Source: Paenimyroides baculatum
Lineage (GTDB): Bacteria; Bacteroidota; Bacteroidia; Flavobacteriales; Flavobacteriaceae
Length of the DNA: 64,000 bases
Reading direction: 5' to 3'
Assembly (NCBI GenBank): GCA_040391685.1
Contig: JBEBXJ010000004.1
Location: forward strand, 1,243 to 65,242
Below, one piece after another: positions 59,788 to 64,000 of this stretch. Position 1 is the first letter of the stretch; every line of letters starts with the position of its first letter. The notes beneath the pieces are model-generated. The model saw only the letters and a list, made by a program, of their open reading frames with translations, had not been told where the DNA came from and ran no database searches. The position numbers were made by a program, and so were the translations under genes.

Positions 59788-60678
59788 CTAATTATTACCC
59801 TGTAAAACGTTTGAAGCATATTTTCCTATGTTTTCGGCAATTTTTGCAGTTGGTAAATCGTCTGTTCCTCCGTTAAATGGATCTTCGATTTCTTCAGCAA
59901 TCAATTCGATACTCAACAAAACATAGAAAATTATCATTACCAGCGGAACAATAAAATAACCTGTTGTAAAAACGTAACCAATTGGCAAGGTAAGTACATA
60001 CACAAAGATAAATTTCTTTATAAAAACGGCATAGGCTATGGGAATGGGCGTGTTCTTTATGCGCTCACAAGCTCCTGCAACATCTAACAAACCGTTTAAA
60101 TTCTGATCTAAAATTATTTTATCGTGCGGGGTAATAACTTTTTCCTTTTCCAGTCTCTGTAAAGCGATATACATTCTACTAACAACTTTTGTGGGAGGAT
60201 GCTGTGCCTTTAAAGACTCATCGTACTCGGGATGTTCTTCTTCATCTAGCATGTATTTAGTTGATTCACTGGTTAAATGAGTATGTAAAACCTTGGCAAA
60301 CAACTTTATTTTATTGCTGAAATAAATGCGTGTAACTCTATCTTCTTCCGGAATCAGTGCATTTAACTTTATGGCAAGGTTTCTGGAATCATTGACCAAT
60401 TTACCCCACATTTTTCGACCTTCCCACCAACGATCGTAAGCTGTATTTGTTCTAAAAACCAATAATAATGACAATACAAAACCAATGACTGTATGTAAAA
60501 TTGATGTGTTTTTTAAGGCTGAATTTTGTGACAGATTAAAATAATCGAGTTCCAAATAAGCAACCAGCCAAGACAACAATCCCATAAAAAGGATTGAAGG
60601 CCATAATTTACGAACGGTATCCGATTTATGAATCTTAAAAATAAATCCTAACCAATCTTTTGCATTGTATACTATCAT
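59788..60678 (-). CDS. Bestrophin family ion channel
   Basis: LLVFRTNTAYDRWWEGRK, CERIKNTPIP, EIEDPF. Confidence 0.95.
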   Translation of the reverse strand: MIVYNAKDWLGFIFKIHKSDTVRKLWPSILFMGLLSWLVAYLELDYFNLSQNSALKNTSILHTVIGFVLSLLLVFRTNTAYDRWWEGRKMWGKLVNDSRNLAIKLNALIPEEDRVTRIYFSNKIKLFAKVLHTHLTSESTKYMLDEEEHPEYDESLKAQHPPTKVVSRMYIALQRLEKEKVITPHDKIILDQNLNGLLDVAGACERIKNTPIPIAYAVFIKKFIFVYVLTLPIGYVFTTGYFIVPLVMIIFYVLLSIELIAEEIEDPFNGGTDDLPTAKIAENIGKYASNVLQGNN

Positions 60679-60681
60679 ACG

Positions 60682-61176
60682 TTATCTTTTACCTAATTCT
60701 ATAACTTCTAAATTCTGAATTTTATCCTTATCTATCTCAAATCTTAACATTGTTCGCATTTGATGAAATCCGTAAATGCCTGCTGCACCAGGATTTAAAG
60801 CTAGACAATTAAACTGTTTATCGAACTGAACTTTTAAAATGTGCGAATGCCCACAAATGAAAATATCGGGCTTATGTAATGCAAATCCTTCTTTAATTCT
60901 TGTAGAATATTTTCCGGGATAACCACCAATATGTGTAATCCATACCTTTTTATTCTCACACATAAAAACAGCATCTAAAGGGAATTCTTTTCGTGCTTCG
61001 GTACCGTCAATGTTTCCGTAAACAGCCTGCAGCGGTTTTATTTTTTTTAGATCATCTGTTACTTTTAAATCACCTATATCGCCGGCATGCCAAACTTCAT
61101 CTGCCTGTTGGGCATAATACAAAATACGATCGTCAATATAACTGTGCGTGTCTGACAATAAGAGAATTTTCTTCAT
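60682..61176 (-). CDS. YfcE-like metallophosphoesterase
   Basis: SDTH, HAGD, GNID, GHSH, NPG. Confidence 0.93.
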   Translation of the reverse strand: MKKILLLSDTHSYIDDRILYYAQQADEVWHAGDIGDLKVTDDLKKIKPLQAVYGNIDGTEARKEFPLDAVFMCENKKVWITHIGGYPGKYSTRIKEGFALHKPDIFICGHSHILKVQFDKQFNCLALNPGAAGIYGFHQMRTMLRFEIDKDKIQNLEVIELGKR

Positions 61177-62450
61177 TACTTTTTTTGCTTGGTTGTGTAA
61201 AATAAAATCATTTCTTCGATTGCATTGCTACAAACCGGACAAAAATCTTTGGTATCATTAATTTTCATTCTGCAAGTTAAGGTAGGAATATACAATCCGT
61301 TGCCTTTTAATCCTTCAAATGCACCAATTTCAACTTCTTTTTGCAAAGGTGCAGGTGTTGGAATGGGAGTTTCGGCTTTCAGCAAATTCTTCCATTTTGA
61401 TGAAAAATCAACCAAAGAAGTAATGTTTTTTTCCCAAGGTTCGATACTCAAAGTCGCTTTATTTTCAAAAACATCTTCTTCATAAAAATATTCGTCAGCC
61501 AAGCCGGCAAAACTATGTCCGAATTCGTGAACTACAACCGGAGCAAATTCTTTATTCTTTGTTGTAGTTAAACTGTACGAATTTAAAATACCGCCACCGC
61601 CGTAAAAATCGGTATTTGCTAAGATGATAATATGTTGATACGGAATATTTTCTAATTGATTATGAAGTAGTTTAGTATGCAATGTTGTTAAATATCGATT
61701 GGAATAAAAGGTATCGAAGTTGGATCCAACAGCTGTATTCAACCAGATATTTTTAGAAGGGATGCTTATCCCCGACTGCTTTGAAACGGTTTTTACAGCA
61801 ACCACTTCAAAATAATCTTCGTACTTTTTAAACACCTTATGTTTAAACAGATTTTCTACTGTTTTATGTGCGTATTCCATAAAAAGATCCAATTCGTTTT
61901 CTGAATATCCTTCGGCAACCAACGCAATTTTGATCGGATTTTTTACTTTAGAATGATGAACAACTTCGTACGGATTCTGAACATCTGTAGATTTTCGAAT
62001 TAAAATATCTTTTGGATCGATAAACTGTTGCGATAATATTCTTTCCTGCTTATCGGCTGTAAAAAAAGAAATATCCACTCGAATTGGTTCTTTTGGAAAA
62101 GGAATCAAAAAAGAATTCTCAAAACTCTTAAACTGTTTTTTTGCATCTTCCAAGGTTAACCATTCCTGAAACAGACTTCCAAACGGTAAAACATAAATAA
62201 GTTTATCATTTGCTGTACTGTAAACTTTTATTTGCCCGTTTCCTTGAATGGGCGTAACCGAAAGATTATCAACACGTCCGTGCCATTTACTTAACTGAAT
62301 CATTTCACTTAAATAAATATTCTGCTGGTTGGCATTTCCTGCAAAAACATAGTCCAAACGTAAGGTTTTATCAGTAAAATAATCATTGAAATTCTGTGCG
62401 CTAGCAATAAAGCTTATTAGTATAAAAATGAGAGATAGAAATTTTTTCAT
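61176..62450 (-). CDS. M64 family metallopeptidase
   Basis: Signal peptide, TLRLDY, YGGGG, HEFGHSFAGLADEY, CRM...FCPVC. Confidence 0.92.
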   Translation of the reverse strand: MKKFLSLIFILISFIASAQNFNDYFTDKTLRLDYVFAGNANQQNIYLSEMIQLSKWHGRVDNLSVTPIQGNGQIKVYSTANDKLIYVLPFGSLFQEWLTLEDAKKQFKSFENSFLIPFPKEPIRVDISFFTADKQERILSQQFIDPKDILIRKSTDVQNPYEVVHHSKVKNPIKIALVAEGYSENELDLFMEYAHKTVENLFKHKVFKKYEDYFEVVAVKTVSKQSGISIPSKNIWLNTAVGSNFDTFYSNRYLTTLHTKLLHNQLENIPYQHIIILANTDFYGGGGILNSYSLTTTKNKEFAPVVVHEFGHSFAGLADEYFYEEDVFENKATLSIEPWEKNITSLVDFSSKWKNLLKAETPIPTPAPLQKEVEIGAFEGLKGNGLYIPTLTCRMKINDTKDFCPVCSNAIEEMILFYTTKQKK

Positions 62451-62541
62451 GAAATATTGTTTCTACAAAAATATTTAGTTTTTTGTTAATACACGCATTC
62501 CGCCAAATTAAAGTATATTTGTACGTTTAAATTTTTAATAA

Positions 62542-63288
62542 TTGAGGTACTTTATTCAGTTTGCATACAACGGTACAAATTATCACGGTTGGCAGCTGCA
62601 ACCACAGGCAATCAGTGTACAGGAAGTTTTAACAAAAGCTGTAAATGTACTATTTAGAGATGATTTTGAACTGGTTGCCGCAGGCAGAACCGATGCTGGT
62701 GTACATGCCAAGTTAATGTACGCCCATTTTGATACCGATGTAGTGTTTGACAAGCAGTTAATGGTTCAAAAATTAAATTCGTTTTTACCTGAAGATATTA
62801 CCGTTTTTAATTTTTTTGAAGTTGATAAAGAGGCGCATGCGCGTTTTGATGCTGTTTCAAGATCGTACGAATATCATATCAACACGTTTAAAAACAGCTT
62901 TTTAAAGAACTTAAGTTATTATCAGTTTAAAAATTTAGACGTTGAAAAAATGAACGAAGCTGCTAAAATTCTTTTAGAATACGAAGATTTTGAATGTTTC
63001 AGCAAAACGCATACCGATGTTTTTACCTTTAACTGCAACATAACCACAGCTTATTGGCAACAAAACGGTTCGCAATTGATTTTTCATATTTCGGCAAATC
63101 GTTTTTTACGCAATATGGTTCGGGCAATTGTGGGTACCATGCTGAATGTAGGTTTGGGAAAAATTTCGGTAAGCGATGTTCATGAAATCATAAAAAGCAA
63201 AAATCGCGGCAAGGCAGGTTTTTCTGTTCCGGCACACGGTTTATATTTAACACAAGTAGTATATCCATACATAAATGAAACAAAATAA
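62542..63288 (+). CDS. truA: tRNA pseudouridine(38-40) synthase
   Basis: TTG start; YNGTNYHGWQ, AGRTDAGVHA, HARFDA, FLRNMVR, GLYL; TATATTTG at 62514-62521. Confidence 0.97.
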   Translation: MRYFIQFAYNGTNYHGWQLQPQAISVQEVLTKAVNVLFRDDFELVAAGRTDAGVHAKLMYAHFDTDVVFDKQLMVQKLNSFLPEDITVFNFFEVDKEAHARFDAVSRSYEYHINTFKNSFLKNLSYYQFKNLDVEKMNEAAKILLEYEDFECFSKTHTDVFTFNCNITTAYWQQNGSQLIFHISANRFLRNMVRAIVGTMLNVGLGKISVSDVHEIIKSKNRGKAGFSVPAHGLYLTQVVYPYINETK

Positions 63289-64000
63289 AACTTCTACATT
63301 AAAAAAAGTAATGCATTATGCACAGCCCTACAAAGACAAAATGTTTTGGGTAGTGCTTACGGTGATTACGCTTGCTGTTTTTGGAGCAATTCGACCTTAC
63401 ATGGTTAAAAATGTAGTAGATGTTTATATTGCAAAAGCCGATTTAAACGGATTAAGTATTTACGTGGCTTTAATGGCTTTGGTACTGATTTTAGAAGTTT
63501 CTTCGCAGTTTTTCTTTACCTACATTGCAAGTTGGCTTGGACAAAACATTATTAAAGACATACGAACCAACTTGTTTGATAAAATGCTTAAATTCCGTTT
63601 AAGTTATTTTGATAACGAACCTGTTGGTAAATTAATTACCCGAAATGTGTCCGATATCGAAAACATTGCAAGTATTTTTAGTCAGGGATTGTTTATGATT
63701 GTAGGTGATGTTTTAAAAATGATGGTTGTTTTAGGAATAATGACTTGGATGAACTGGAAACTTACAATTATTGTAATACTAGCAATGCCTGTTCTACTTT
63801 ATGCAACCCGAATTTTCCAGAAACACATGAAAGTTGCTTTTGAAGAAGTTCGTTTGCAGGTTGCCAATTTAAATACCTTTATACAGGAACGTTTAACGGG
63901 AATGAAAATTGTTCAGCTGTTTAACCGCGAACAGATTGAGTACGAAAACTTTAAAAAAATCAATCAGAAACATAACGATGCCTGGCAGAAAAACATTCTG
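63275..64000 (+). CDS. ABC exporter fused permease/ATPase, 3' partial
   Basis: Not in ORF track. ATG 63275 opens MKQNKTSTLKKVMHYAQPY...YFDNEPVGKLITR...FIQERLTGMKIVQLFNRE; runs to window end. Confidence 0.9.
   Translation, partial: MKQNKTSTLKKVMHYAQPYKDKMFWVVLTVITLAVFGAIRPYMVKNVVDVYIAKADLNGLSIYVALMALVLILEVSSQFFFTYIASWLGQNIIKDIRTNLFDKMLKFRLSYFDNEPVGKLITRNVSDIENIASIFSQGLFMIVGDVLKMMVVLGIMTWMNWKLTIIVILAMPVLLYATRIFQKHMKVAFEEVRLQVANLNTFIQERLTGMKIVQLFNREQIEYENFKKINQKHNDAWQKNIL

Overview
AT-rich chromosomal segment of a Flavobacteriaceae bacterium (Flavobacterium/Paenimyroides/Myroides-like), judged from gene content, Bacteroidetes TAnnTTTG promoters and lack of Shine-Dalgarno sites. Mostly housekeeping: rocD, rlmD, metK, menB, rel, fur, purA, aroE, pepT, truA, two ABC exporters, and an RDD/SpoIIM/DUF4129/DUF4350/MoxR/DUF58 module. 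Accessory parts: a stand-alone 1331-aa DUF4011-like/SF1 helicase/Vsr-like gene after purA, an ATP-cone plus PD-(D/E)xK nuclease gene, and a general-stress/DNA-repair block at about 45.7-56.3 kb whose core is bracketed by two inverted REP-like elements. Non-coding highlights: a SAM-II/SAM-V-type riboswitch before metK with a readable expression platform, and an orphan promoter-driven, highly structured two-state RNA candidate at about 56.53-56.69 kb, preceded by a second small structured element. No rRNA, tRNA, CRISPR array or transposase was seen. All family assignments come from motif recognition by eye, not database searches.
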